DNA from: an uncultured Nitrospiraceae bacterium
Lineage (GTDB): Bacteria; Nitrospirota; Thermodesulfovibrionia; Thermodesulfovibrionales; SM23-35
DNA: 64,000 nucleotides
Reading direction: 5' to 3'
Assembly (NCBI GenBank): GCA_937138415.1
Contig: CAKZPA010000033.1
Location: 124,511 to 188,510, forward strand
Shown: positions 1 through 7,984 of the stretch, in pieces
How positions within the stretch are numbered: the first letter of the stretch is position 1
Layout of the letters: every line of letters starts with the position of its first letter
Program-made: the position numbers and the translations under genes
The notes under the pieces: generated by a model
Seen by the model: only the letters and a program-made list of their open reading frames with translations
Database searches by the model: none
What the model was told of the DNA's origin: nothing

Positions 1-1764
1 GACGCCTTCTTTGACCTTCGTCAGACCGCTCATCCGCAGGGTTTTCATGCCGAAACGTATCGCGGTTCTTTTGAGTTCGTCTGCTGACGCTCCTTCGAGT
101 ATCATCTCTTTCAGGTCTGCGCCGACCGGCATAATCTCGTACAGGGCGATTCTTCCCTTGTATCCCGAATTATTGCATGACGGACAACCTCGTCCCTTGT
201 AACAGACGACGGATTGCGCTTCCTTCTCGGGGAATCCGAGCTGAACGAGGGTGGGCACCGGTACCTTTTCCTCCTCCTTGCACGAAGGACAAATCTTCCG
301 CGCGAGCCTCTGCGCAGCGATAAGAATGAGCGAGGCGGAGACGAGAAAAGGCTCGATCCCCATGTTGAGGAGCCTGCTTATGCTACTCGGAGCGTCATTG
401 GTATGGAGGGTGCTCAACACGAGGTGTCCCGTCAGCGCCGCTTTCACCGCAATCTCTGCCGTCTCGAAGTCCCGTATCTCGCCGACAAGAATGATATCCG
501 GACTCTGTCGAAGAAAGGCACGCAAGGCAGATGCGAAGGTGAAACCTATCTCCTCGTTCACCTGCACCTGATTCATCCCCTGGAAGTTGTACTCGACAGG
601 ATCTTCAGCCGTCATGATGTTGATGCCGGGTTTGTTGAGATAGTTGAGTGCGGAGTAAAGCGTCGTGGTCTTTCCGCTGCCCGTTGGACCGGTCACGAGG
701 ATCATCCCGTACGGTTTGTTCAGGGCGTCCATGAATTTCTTCAGGGCATCTTCCTCGAAACCGAGCTTCGTGAGGTCGGCCTGCAGATTCGATTTGTCCA
801 GAATCCGGAGGACAGTTTTTTCCCCGAAAAGACAGGGTAGAACCGAAACGCGGAAATCGATTTCTCTCTTCCTCCCAAGTCTCAATTTGATACGCCCATC
901 CTGCGGCAGCCTTCGCTCCGCGATATCGAGTTTCGACATGATCTTTAACCGTGACGTGATCGGATTCTTGATTTTGAGCGGGAGATTCATCGCATTGAAG
1001 AGCACGCCGTCAACGCGGTATCGTACCCTCAATGACTTCTCGTACGGCTCTATATGAATGTCACTCGCACCGCCTTTGATTGCATTGATCAAAATGCCGT
1101 TCACGAGCTTGACGATCGGCTCATCGACCTCGCCAGAGACCGCGTCATCCTGTTCGGAGTACGTCTCGATGCTGTCGAGTGCGTCACCGACAATTTTATC
1201 GAATTCGTCCACGTCGACCGTGATGGATTCATCGAAGTGTCCCTCGTCGGCCTCCTTCAGATCCTCGTCGCTAAGGGTGAAATCCTGTGATTGCAGCAGG
1301 TTATTCGTGCTCTTCTTTGGCGGGACGAGCGCAGCGCCGCCGTTTCGGTAGTGCGTCGCGATCGCCTGGAGAATCGAACTCTCCCCCGAGACCACGACCT
1401 CAACGTTATACCCCGTCATGAATTTCACGTCGTCTATCACGAACACGTTCGACGGATCCGCCATCGCTATCGTCAGCGTCGCCCCTACCCGCGCAACCGG
1501 TATGATGAAATACTTCTGCGCCACCTCCACAGGAACTAACTTCAACACCGATGGATCTATCCGGTAATCAGCAAGATTGATCGCCGGGACCCCCCACTGC
1601 TTGCTCAAAAACCCCACCAGCTTCTCCTCGCTAATGTACCCCAACTTCACCAAATTCGCCCCGAGCCTCCCCCCCTCCTTCCGCTGAAGACTCACCGCCT
1701 CCTTCAGCTGATCCTCCGTGATCAGTTGCGCCCCTATCAGTAACTGCCCTAACTTTACCGACAT
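1..1764 (-). CDS. Type IV pilus / T2SS-family secretion ATPase (PilB/MshE/GspE-like), paralog 1; 3' end runs off the window
   Basis: Absent from the ORF track, presumably because its stop lies left of position 1. My reverse-complement spot checks are in frame with ATG at 1764-1762. 661-720 reads NKPYGMILVTGPTGSGKTTT (Walker A). 1-60 reads IRFGMKTLRMSGLTKVKEGV, parallel to the C-terminus of the neighbouring 602-aa paralog. 1261-1338 reads GAALVPPKKSTNNLLQSQDFTLSDED. GAGG lies 6 nt upstream of the ATG. No competing minus-strand ORF is listed here. Confidence 0.85.
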   Translation of the reverse strand, partial: MSVKLGQLLIGAQLITEDQLKEAVSLQRKEGGRLGANLVKLGYISEEKLVGFLSKQWGVPAINLADYRIDPSVLKLVPVEVAQKYFIIPVARVGATLTIAMADPSNVFVIDDVKFMTGYNVEVVVSGESSILQAIATHYRNGGAALVPPKKSTNNLLQSQDFTLSDEDLKEADEGHFDESITVDVDEFDKIVGDALDSIETYSEQDDAVSGEVDEPIVKLVNGILINAIKGGASDIHIEPYEKSLRVRYRVDGVLFNAMNLPLKIKNPITSRLKIMSKLDIAERRLPQDGRIKLRLGRKREIDFRVSVLPCLFGEKTVLRILDKSNLQADLTKLGFEEDALKKFMDALNKPYGMILVTGPTGSGKTTTLYSALNYLNKPGINIMTAEDPVEYNFQGMNQVQVNEEIGFTFASALRAFLRQSPDIILVGEIRDFETAEIAVKAALTGHLVLSTLHTNDAPSSISRLLNMGIEPFLVSASLILIAAQRLARKICPSCKEEEKVPVPTLVQLGFPEKEAQSVVCYKGRGCPSCNNSGYKGRIALYEIMPVGADLKEMILEGASADELKRTAIRFGMKTLRMSGLTKVKEGV

Positions 1765-1766
1765 GC
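1335..1766. repeat. 432-bp perfect direct repeat, copy 1 (5' end of ATPase paralog 1)
   Basis: Base-by-base comparison with 3219-3650 (offset 1884) shows no mismatch. Identity breaks at 1334/1332 on one side and at 1767 on the other. Independently visible in the track as identical C-terminal tails of the antisense ORFs 1291..1539 and 2095..3423. Confidence 0.95.
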
Positions 1767-1839
1767 CAGCCTCTTCGCCCAGCACCAATCGAAAAAAATG
1801 GACCGCCGGCACCTGGTCTCCCCGCTCTCTGAAATACCT

Positions 1840-3648
1840 CTAATCACTGAATGTCACCCTCAAGACCTCGTCGAGAGACGTGATCCCTTTCTTTATCTTC
1901 GCGAGTCCGCTCATCCGGAGCGTTTTCATGCCCAATCTGATCGCGGTCTTCTTCAGTTCGTCCGCGGACGCCCCTTCGAGAATCATCTCCCTTAGTTCGT
2001 CGTAGAGGGGCATGACTTCGTAGAGTGCCAGTCGCCCCTTATAGCCGGAATTATTGCAATCAGGGCACCCTTTGCCACGATAGCACGTGACCGATTGTGC
2101 CTCCTCCGGCGAAAACCCGATCTCTACAAGCCCGTTGACCGATACAGTGTCCTTGACTTTGCAGGAGGGACAGAGCACCCTCACAAGCCTCTGCGTAGCG
2201 ATGAGAATCAAGGACGCCGCAACGAGAAATGGCTCGATGCCCATGTTCAGCAATCTGCTGACAGTGCTCGGAGCGTCATTGGTGTGGAGCGTGCTCAGCA
2301 CAAGATGACCAGTCAAAGCGGCTTTCACCGCGATCTCCGCGGTCTCGAAATCCCTGATCTCTCCCACCATGATGATGTCGGGGTCCTGCCTCAGGAACGC
2401 CCGCAACGCCGCTGCGAACGTCAGCCCGATATCCTCTCTCACGTGCACCTGATTAACCCCATGGAAGTTATACTCGACCGGATCCTCAGCCGTGGAGATA
2501 TTGACACCGATCTTATTGAGGTAGTTCAGCGCGGAGTACAATGTCGTCGTCTTGCCACTCCCCGTTGGACCGGTTACGAGGATCATGCCGTACGGCTTGT
2601 TGATGGCATCCATAAACTGGCGCAACGCATCGTCCTCGAAGCCGAGCTTGGTGAGATCGACCTGGAGATTGGCTTTGTCGAGCAGTCTGAGCACCGTTCT
2701 CTCTCCAAAGAGACACGGAACGGTCGATACCCGGAAATCTATTTCTCTTTTCTTGCCGAGCTTCAGCTTTATCCTTCCGTCTTGCGGAAGACGGCGCTCA
2801 GCGATATCGAGATTCGCCATGATCTTCAGGCGCGAGGTGACGGCATTCTTTATCTTCACCGGCAGATTCATCACTGTATACATGACTCCGTCCACCCGTT
2901 GCCGCACCCGCAGAGAATTCTCGTAGGGCTCGATATGGATATCGCTCGCTCTCTCCTTAATCGCATTGATGAGGATGCCATTGACGAGCTTTACGATGGG
3001 CCGCTCGACTTCCTGAACGACATTGTCTTCTTTCTCTTCTACAATCTCGATATCGCTCAGTGCCTCACCGATGACCTTATCGAATTCGTCGACGTCGATC
3101 ATCGTCCCTTCGTCGTTCGTCGCGAATGCCCCTTCGCCACCGGGCTCATCCTCGGAGAATGTATAATCCTTTGCCGAAAGGATCTCAGCAGTCGCTTTCT
3201 TGCTCGGGACGAGCGTACCGCCGCCGTTTCGGTAGTGCGTCGCGATCGCCTGGAGAATCGAACTCTCCCCCGAGACCACGACCTCAACGTTATACCCCGT
3301 CATGAATTTCACGTCGTCTATCACGAACACGTTCGACGGATCCGCCATCGCTATCGTCAGCGTCGCCCCTACCCGCGCAACCGGTATGATGAAATACTTC
3401 TGCGCCACCTCCACAGGAACTAACTTCAACACCGATGGATCTATCCGGTAATCAGCAAGATTGATCGCCGGGACCCCCCACTGCTTGCTCAAAAACCCCA
3501 CCAGCTTCTCCTCGCTAATGTACCCCAACTTCACCAAATTCGCCCCGAGCCTCCCCCCCTCCTTCCGCTGAAGACTCACCGCCTCCTTCAGCTGATCCTC
3601 CGTGATCAGTTGCGCCCCTATCAGTAACTGCCCTAACTTTACCGACAT
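1840..3648 (-). CDS. Type IV pilus / T2SS-family secretion ATPase (PilB/MshE/GspE-like), paralog 2, 602 aa
   Basis: Walker A GPTGSGKTTT, Walker B/Asp box DPDIIMVGEIRD and His box GHLVLSTLHTN are present. There is a tetracysteine CPSC...CPDC. The N-terminal T2SSE_N/MshEN-like domain begins MSVKLGQLLIGAQLITEDQL. Confidence 0.93.
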   Translation of the reverse strand: MSVKLGQLLIGAQLITEDQLKEAVSLQRKEGGRLGANLVKLGYISEEKLVGFLSKQWGVPAINLADYRIDPSVLKLVPVEVAQKYFIIPVARVGATLTIAMADPSNVFVIDDVKFMTGYNVEVVVSGESSILQAIATHYRNGGGTLVPSKKATAEILSAKDYTFSEDEPGGEGAFATNDEGTMIDVDEFDKVIGEALSDIEIVEEKEDNVVQEVERPIVKLVNGILINAIKERASDIHIEPYENSLRVRQRVDGVMYTVMNLPVKIKNAVTSRLKIMANLDIAERRLPQDGRIKLKLGKKREIDFRVSTVPCLFGERTVLRLLDKANLQVDLTKLGFEDDALRQFMDAINKPYGMILVTGPTGSGKTTTLYSALNYLNKIGVNISTAEDPVEYNFHGVNQVHVREDIGLTFAAALRAFLRQDPDIIMVGEIRDFETAEIAVKAALTGHLVLSTLHTNDAPSTVSRLLNMGIEPFLVAASLILIATQRLVRVLCPSCKVKDTVSVNGLVEIGFSPEEAQSVTCYRGKGCPDCNNSGYKGRLALYEVMPLYDELREMILEGASADELKKTAIRLGMKTLRMSGLAKIKKGITSLDEVLRVTFSD

Positions 3649-3650
3649 GC
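3219..3650. repeat. 432-bp perfect direct repeat, copy 2 (5' end of ATPase paralog 2)
   Basis: See 1335-1766. Covers codons 1-143 plus 2 nt upstream of the ATG. Confidence 0.95.
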
Positions 3651-3654
3651 TCTA

Positions 3655-3683
3655 AAAATATATAAATTATTCATAAAAGTCAA
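3655..3683 (-). promoter_or_regulatory. Sigma-70-like promoter TTGACT-N17-TATTTT, followed by 6 nt and then the ATG of ATPase paralog 2
   Basis: The minus strand reads TTGACT TTTATGAATAATTTATA TATTTT TAGAGC ATG. It sits in a strikingly AT-rich stretch (about 3650-3740). No SD-like purine run precedes the ATG. Confidence 0.4.
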
Positions 3684-3993
3684 CAAAATACATTTTTTTA
3701 CTTTAACCATTACTTTACATCTTGTGAGCACAGACTACCCTCTTCCGCATGGCTAATCAATGCTAAAGGAGAACGAGAAACCATAACCGTGATAGTCATC
3801 ACAACACAAACGGAAACTTTTCATACGATGAAGTTTACTAGCAAGGCATATGCCTGCAACACAGTCCGTATTCACAGGCCACACGCGCCGATACGAGTCA
3901 AAAACACGGTCACGTTGTCGTTGGCAGGTGCCGGGCTTTTGTCCTGACCATTCCAAGATGCGTCACCCTTTCTCGGCAACGCGTCATCGAGGC

Positions 3994-4023
3994 AAAAGAA
4001 AAAAGAGCTTATCGAAGATCAGC
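3994..4023 (-). terminator. Candidate intrinsic terminator downstream of the oxidoreductase operon
   Basis: The minus strand reads GCUGAUCUUCGAUAAGC (6 bp plus one mismatch, 3-nt loop) followed by UCUUUUUUCUUUUG. The stem is weak and AU-rich, about 170 nt after the stop at 4193. Confidence 0.3.
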
Positions 4024-4192
4024 CGGAGAAGTGTTTTTCAGCGGCACGGCGTGGCGAGCACAATTGTTTTTCGACTCGGCAGGATACCTCGGCCCGAGGC
4101 ACCACGCATACGATCGTCTCGCTACCGCTGAACGGCACCGTGAAAACATCATCAACCTCAATAATTTCCCGAGAGAGCTTACAAACGCGGGA

Positions 4193-5047
4193 TCAATAGA
4201 ATTCAAGAATGGTTTTTTCTACGCGCGCGGTCGCGATCGGTTGGAGAACGAGCGGCACATCCTTAATGGTGGGAATCCGCTCCTCGAGCAGAGGTCGGTC
4301 ATTCCTGTAGAGAATACCGGTAGGGATCCGGTCTCCCCACTCCAATGCCCTCTGGAATGCAGAACTCTTCTCTTCAGGATTATAGTCGGGCTCGATACGA
4401 TAGACGCGTTGACGATACCACTCGTAGGTGTTAACCTTATTGAACGTCACGCAAGGCTGAAGGATGTCCAAAAGGGCGAATCCCTTGTGGCGGATGGCCG
4501 CCTTCATGAGGTCCTTGAGAAAAGCGATATCACCGGCAAAGCCCCTCGCCACGAAACTGCAGTCGAGCGCAACCGCGAGGGCGATGGGATTCAGCGGCTC
4601 TGAAAAAACGCCGAATGGCTGATTCTTCGTGATCATTCCCTCCCCGCTCGTGGGCGACGGCTGGCCTTTCGTAAGCCCGTAGATCTGGTTATCGTGCACA
4701 AAGAGTTTCAGATTGACGTTTCTCCTCATCGCATGGACGAGGTGATTCCCCCCCTCCCCATAACAGTCCCCATCACCCGCCACGGCGATCACGAGCATCT
4801 CGTGATTAACGAGTCTGATCCCCGTTGCCACGGGGAGGGTTCTTCCGTGCAGCCCGTTGAACGTATTGCACAGCACATAGTGCGGGAATTTCCCGGCTTG
4901 TCCGATCCCTGAGACGATGGTGAACTGGTGCGGTTCGATGGCCAGTTCTGCCATCGCCTGCTGAAAGGCTTTCAGAATTGCAAAATTACCGCACCCGGGA
5001 CACCACGCTGGGGTCTTCCCTCTATAATAGTCGTCCAAGGCAGGCAC
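4193..5047 (-). CDS. 2-oxoacid:ferredoxin oxidoreductase, beta (TPP-binding) subunit
   Basis: N-terminal WCPGCGNFAIL motif and TPP motif GDGDCYGEGGNH. GTG start overlaps the alpha gene by 26 nt. Substrate (2-oxoglutarate versus other) cannot be assigned from sequence alone. Confidence 0.9.
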   Translation of the reverse strand: MPALDDYYRGKTPAWCPGCGNFAILKAFQQAMAELAIEPHQFTIVSGIGQAGKFPHYVLCNTFNGLHGRTLPVATGIRLVNHEMLVIAVAGDGDCYGEGGNHLVHAMRRNVNLKLFVHDNQIYGLTKGQPSPTSGEGMITKNQPFGVFSEPLNPIALAVALDCSFVARGFAGDIAFLKDLMKAAIRHKGFALLDILQPCVTFNKVNTYEWYRQRVYRIEPDYNPEEKSSAFQRALEWGDRIPTGILYRNDRPLLEERIPTIKDVPLVLQPIATARVEKTILEFY

Positions 5048-6791
5048 TCACTTTTTCCAAAAGTTCTTCGACCGTAAACGGCCGCCCATCGTATTTGTGA
5101 ATCGCGTGATCGAATGCATACCCCGTCTCTGCCCTGAAAAACCTTTCGAATTGCCCCGTTGCGTTCTGCTCGACGCAAAGCGAGGCCTTCGCCTCTTTCA
5201 GCCGGCTGAGGAAATCGGTTTCAGGCCTTACCCCTGTTGGCACGGGTATATCACCTGCGGATGCGACACTCCCAACGGGTAAGGGAAAAAGTTCACTGAA
5301 ATGGAGCATTCCGATCTTTCGGACATTCGCAAGCGCATCGACGACTTCCTTGACGATTCCGTAGAGAGAGCCCCAACATACGAGGAGAGTGTCCGCACCT
5401 TCCTCCCCGTAAAACAGGGGCGGTGCGATCTCTCGCCGAATCTGCGGCAGTTTTCTCAGTAACCTCTTTTGAACCATGCTTACGCGGGTTTCGGCGTCCT
5501 CGATAATGTGGCCCTCCTCATCATGTTCGTCGCTGTCGGTTACGACGAGATTTTTCGACTGACCGGGTACACCAAGCGGAGAAATACCATTATCGGTGAA
5601 TGCGTGACGCTTGTAAGCGGTAACCTGCCTCCACTCCTCTCCCCGGATCCGATAGTCGCGATAGCGAATTCTCTTCACGTCGAAACCATCGAATGTCCAT
5701 GCCGAATCAGCGAGATACTGATCAAAAACGACGAATGTCGGTATCTGATACTTTTCCGCGAGATCGAAGGCTTTATTGGTGAGGAACAGTGCCTGTTCCG
5801 GCGTTCCGGGCGCGAAGACGACCCTTGGGAACTCCCCATGGGCAGCATGGATTGCGAAGAGCAAATCGCCTTGCTCCGTGCGCGTCGGAAGACCCGTGGC
5901 CGGTGCCGGCCTCTGGCCGAGCGCGATGACGATCGGCGTCTCGGTCATGCCCGCCAGCGAGAGGCCTTCCACCATGAGGGCGAATCCGCCACCGGCTGTT
6001 CCGGTCATCGCTCTCACGCCCGCGAACGAGGCACCAATGGCCATGTTGATGGCAGCTATCTCGTCCTCTGCCTGTTCGACAATCAAGCCGTATTCTTTCG
6101 CCTTGCCGGCAAGGTAATTCATGATACCCGTCGAGGGTGTCATAGGATAGGCTGCATAGAAACGGCATCCGGAGGCGAGCGCACCGAGCGCGATTCCCTC
6201 GACGCCGTTGATCAGAAGCTTCGGTCTGCCAAACTGTGATGGGATGAACGCGCACTTCGGGCAGTTTCGGACAGCGTAGTCGTGGCCTGCCCGCGCAGCA
6301 CGCCGATTCGCCTCAACGATCTCGTCGCCCTTCTTGCGAAAAGTATCATCGATAATTTTTTCAAAAATATCGAGCTCGACCCGGAGCATTCCAAGGACGG
6401 CCCCGGTCGCAACGGTATTGGCCAAGATTTTGCTCCCCTGCCGGAGTGCGATTTCCGTGAACGGGACATCGAGAAAAGAATCGCCTTCGAGCACGAGCTT
6501 TAGATCGGCCGCGTCATAAATGAGAACTCCGTTATCGGAAAGCTCGTCCCGATGACGGGTGATGCTTTCGCGATCGAGCGCAACGATGATGTCAACGCGC
6601 CGGCGCGATGCGGAGATACCCTTCTCCGAAAATCTGACTTGGTAGAAATTGTGGCCGCCGCGGATGCGGGACTCGTAATCCTGGTGCGTGAAGACGTGGT
6701 ATCCTGACCGCGAGAATACCTTCGCGAGCGTATCACCGATGGTCTGAATGCCTTGTCCGGCCTCACCGCCTATCTTTATAGAGTAGTCCAC
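5022..6791 (-). CDS. 2-oxoacid:ferredoxin oxidoreductase, fused gamma-alpha subunit (two-subunit KorAB-type enzyme)
   Basis: 589 aa. The N-terminus IKIGGEAGQGIQTIG is gamma-domain-like and is followed by an alpha domain (YAAYPMTPST, GTAGGGFALM). GTG start lies 7 nt after the upstream stop. Confidence 0.9.
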   Translation of the reverse strand: MDYSIKIGGEAGQGIQTIGDTLAKVFSRSGYHVFTHQDYESRIRGGHNFYQVRFSEKGISASRRRVDIIVALDRESITRHRDELSDNGVLIYDAADLKLVLEGDSFLDVPFTEIALRQGSKILANTVATGAVLGMLRVELDIFEKIIDDTFRKKGDEIVEANRRAARAGHDYAVRNCPKCAFIPSQFGRPKLLINGVEGIALGALASGCRFYAAYPMTPSTGIMNYLAGKAKEYGLIVEQAEDEIAAINMAIGASFAGVRAMTGTAGGGFALMVEGLSLAGMTETPIVIALGQRPAPATGLPTRTEQGDLLFAIHAAHGEFPRVVFAPGTPEQALFLTNKAFDLAEKYQIPTFVVFDQYLADSAWTFDGFDVKRIRYRDYRIRGEEWRQVTAYKRHAFTDNGISPLGVPGQSKNLVVTDSDEHDEEGHIIEDAETRVSMVQKRLLRKLPQIRREIAPPLFYGEEGADTLLVCWGSLYGIVKEVVDALANVRKIGMLHFSELFPLPVGSVASAGDIPVPTGVRPETDFLSRLKEAKASLCVEQNATGQFERFFRAETGYAFDHAIHKYDGRPFTVEELLEKVSACLGRLL

Positions 6792-6798
6792 CGGCAGT

Positions 6799-7266
6799 CT
6801 ATAGAAAACTTTTCTTGAGATTGTTCAACCACACGATGTGACTCTTCTCTTCCCTGATAATCTCGTCGATCACGTTTTTTTCACGCAGCGTTTCGCGGAG
6901 CGTATAGTAATAAAGGAGCGTTTCGCGCTCGAAACAGAGAGCAAAATCGATAGCCTCTGCAGCGGTTTTCACGTGTTCGAGGGAAGGGAGACACTTGTCT
7001 TTGCCGAGAAAGAACTCCGAATCGACGATCGCACGGAGGTAGGGCGTCACTTCTCCCCAACCCTCCGGCGCGTCATCCGACAACCGTCCTTCAAGGTTCA
7101 TAAAGCTCGCCTCGTGCTTTGCCTCGTGCACGGCGAGCAACTCAAACAGTCTCCTCAACTCCGTCTGATCGCGAAATTTCTCCGCCATCCGGGCGTAGAA
7201 TTCCCTGCCCAATTTCTCCGTCTGCACCGCCTGTTCGACAACTTCTCTTACCGAAAAGGTTATCAT
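6799..7266 (-). CDS. Rubrerythrin/ferritin-like di-iron protein (no rubredoxin domain)
   Basis: Two ExxH-type motifs (VHEAKHE, REEKSH) sit in a four-helix-type sequence. The start is set at MITFSV because GGAGGAG precedes that ATG. The track ORF extends to 7305. Confidence 0.8.
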   Translation of the reverse strand: MITFSVREVVEQAVQTEKLGREFYARMAEKFRDQTELRRLFELLAVHEAKHEASFMNLEGRLSDDAPEGWGEVTPYLRAIVDSEFFLGKDKCLPSLEHVKTAAEAIDFALCFERETLLYYYTLRETLREKNVIDEIIREEKSHIVWLNNLKKSFL

Positions 7267-7313
7267 GCGTTCTCCTCCCGCCCTTCGACGAACCGATGTG
7301 GGCATTTAGAAGT

Positions 7314-7679
7314 TTAGACGATACGCCCTCTACCGTCAATCTCTATCACATGCCGCTCGAGAAGATAAGCGAGGAAAAGGAATCCTCCGCACGGGAGCGG
7401 GGATTTGCCGTCATTCGCTCCGGACGGATCCCGCCTGCGCGCGATAAAGTCGCACCCGTCTTCGTTGAATGCGCACACCGAGCATAGATTCCGGCTGAGT
7501 CTTTCCTGCATCGCTGCATCGGTCGGCAGACCGAACTGCTCGAATGGGAGGGATTTCCCTTCCCTCACGAGTCTCTCGACAACGAGGAATCCTTCGCACG
7601 CGATTTCCTCGTCCTTCCAAGGCTTGAAATAAGAACAGATGTTCCCGCAAAGGCAATCCCGTAGGAAAGGGTTCAGCAT
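7314..7679 (-). CDS. Cysteine-rich hypothetical protein (8 Cys, 122 aa from MLNPF)
   Basis: The ORF is open to 7736 (GTG). The ATG at 7679 lies 1 nt after the UAA of the upstream small ORF (UAA-C-AUG), a coupling-like junction. No family recognised. Confidence 0.55.
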   Translation of the reverse strand: MLNPFLRDCLCGNICSYFKPWKDEEIACEGFLVVERLVREGKSLPFEQFGLPTDAAMQERLSRNLCSVCAFNEDGCDFIARRRDPSGANDGKSPLPCGGFLFLAYLLERHVIEIDGRGRIV

Positions 7680-7680
7680 G

Positions 7681-7938
7681 TTATCGACCCGGGACCGGCA
7701 TCGGAAGCACTGTCGGCGTTCGAAAGTCTCCCACACGAAAACTATTCACTGCTGTCCGACCTATTTCTAACTGCCGCTCGATGCCGAAGAAACACCGTGA
7801 CGACACCGTGCACAGATAATCCACGCCTTCTGTCACGATGCATATAATAAGCGTCAATGGGAATCTGCCCGTCATCAAAACGAGGTTCGCCATGAAATCA
7901 TCCTGTCGTTTCATAATGTTCATGAAATATTCAGCCAT
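7681..7938 (-). CDS. Small ORF A (85 aa) with a conserved N-terminal 28 codons; coding status unproven
   Basis: AAGGAG lies 5 nt upstream of the AUG. The first 84 nt align without gaps to 10360-10277 (61/84 nt; MAEYFMNIMKRQDDFMANLVLMTGRF versus MAECSINIVSRRDESVAHLVSMAGRF). It is divergent from radical SAM gene 7985. Could instead be a cis-regulatory RNA. Confidence 0.3.
   Translation of the reverse strand: MAEYFMNIMKRQDDFMANLVLMTGRFPLTLIICIVTEGVDYLCTVSSRCFFGIERQLEIGRTAVNSFRVGDFRTPTVLPMPVPGR
7780..7810 (-). promoter_or_regulatory. 31-nt conserved motif, copy A (11-bp-phased direct repeats)
   Basis: Plus strand GATGCCGAAGAAACACCGTGACGACACCGTG. It matches copy C (16859-16889) at 28/31. It contains ACACCGTGACG followed by ACACCGTG at an 11-bp period. 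Confidence 0.45.
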
Positions 7939-7984
7939 AAAGACTCCTTTTTAGGCACCTATGCGAACTATTATAAAATAGAGC

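Noticed and set aside
2095-3423. 442-aa plus-strand ORF (and 214..840 and 1291..1539) overlapping the ATPase genes
   Set aside because: It is antisense shadow of strongly supported minus-strand genes. The translation is Arg/His/Leu/Asp-rich with no motifs, and its C-terminal identity with 1291..1539 merely reflects the 432-bp repeat.
4042-4058. Sigma-54-like CGGCACGGCGTGGCG
   Set aside because: The GG-to-GC spacing is one nucleotide short of the canonical -24/-12 geometry, and no gene follows.
4025-4085. Two plus-strand copies of TGTTTTTC..CGGCA resembling the GTGTTTCTYCGGCATC half of the 31-nt motif
   Set aside because: Only the 3' half matches loosely and the phased direct repeats are absent. 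The orientation is opposite and there is no downstream plus-strand gene. This is likely chance, or part of the oxidoreductase 3' UTR.
7855-7938. Possibility that the conserved 84-nt block is a known riboswitch
   Set aside because: I compared it by eye, in both orientations, with what I recall of the core consensus of cobalamin, SAM-I, c-di-GMP-I, Moco, NiCo and SAH aptamers. None of their invariant boxes is present. This does not exclude a novel RNA.
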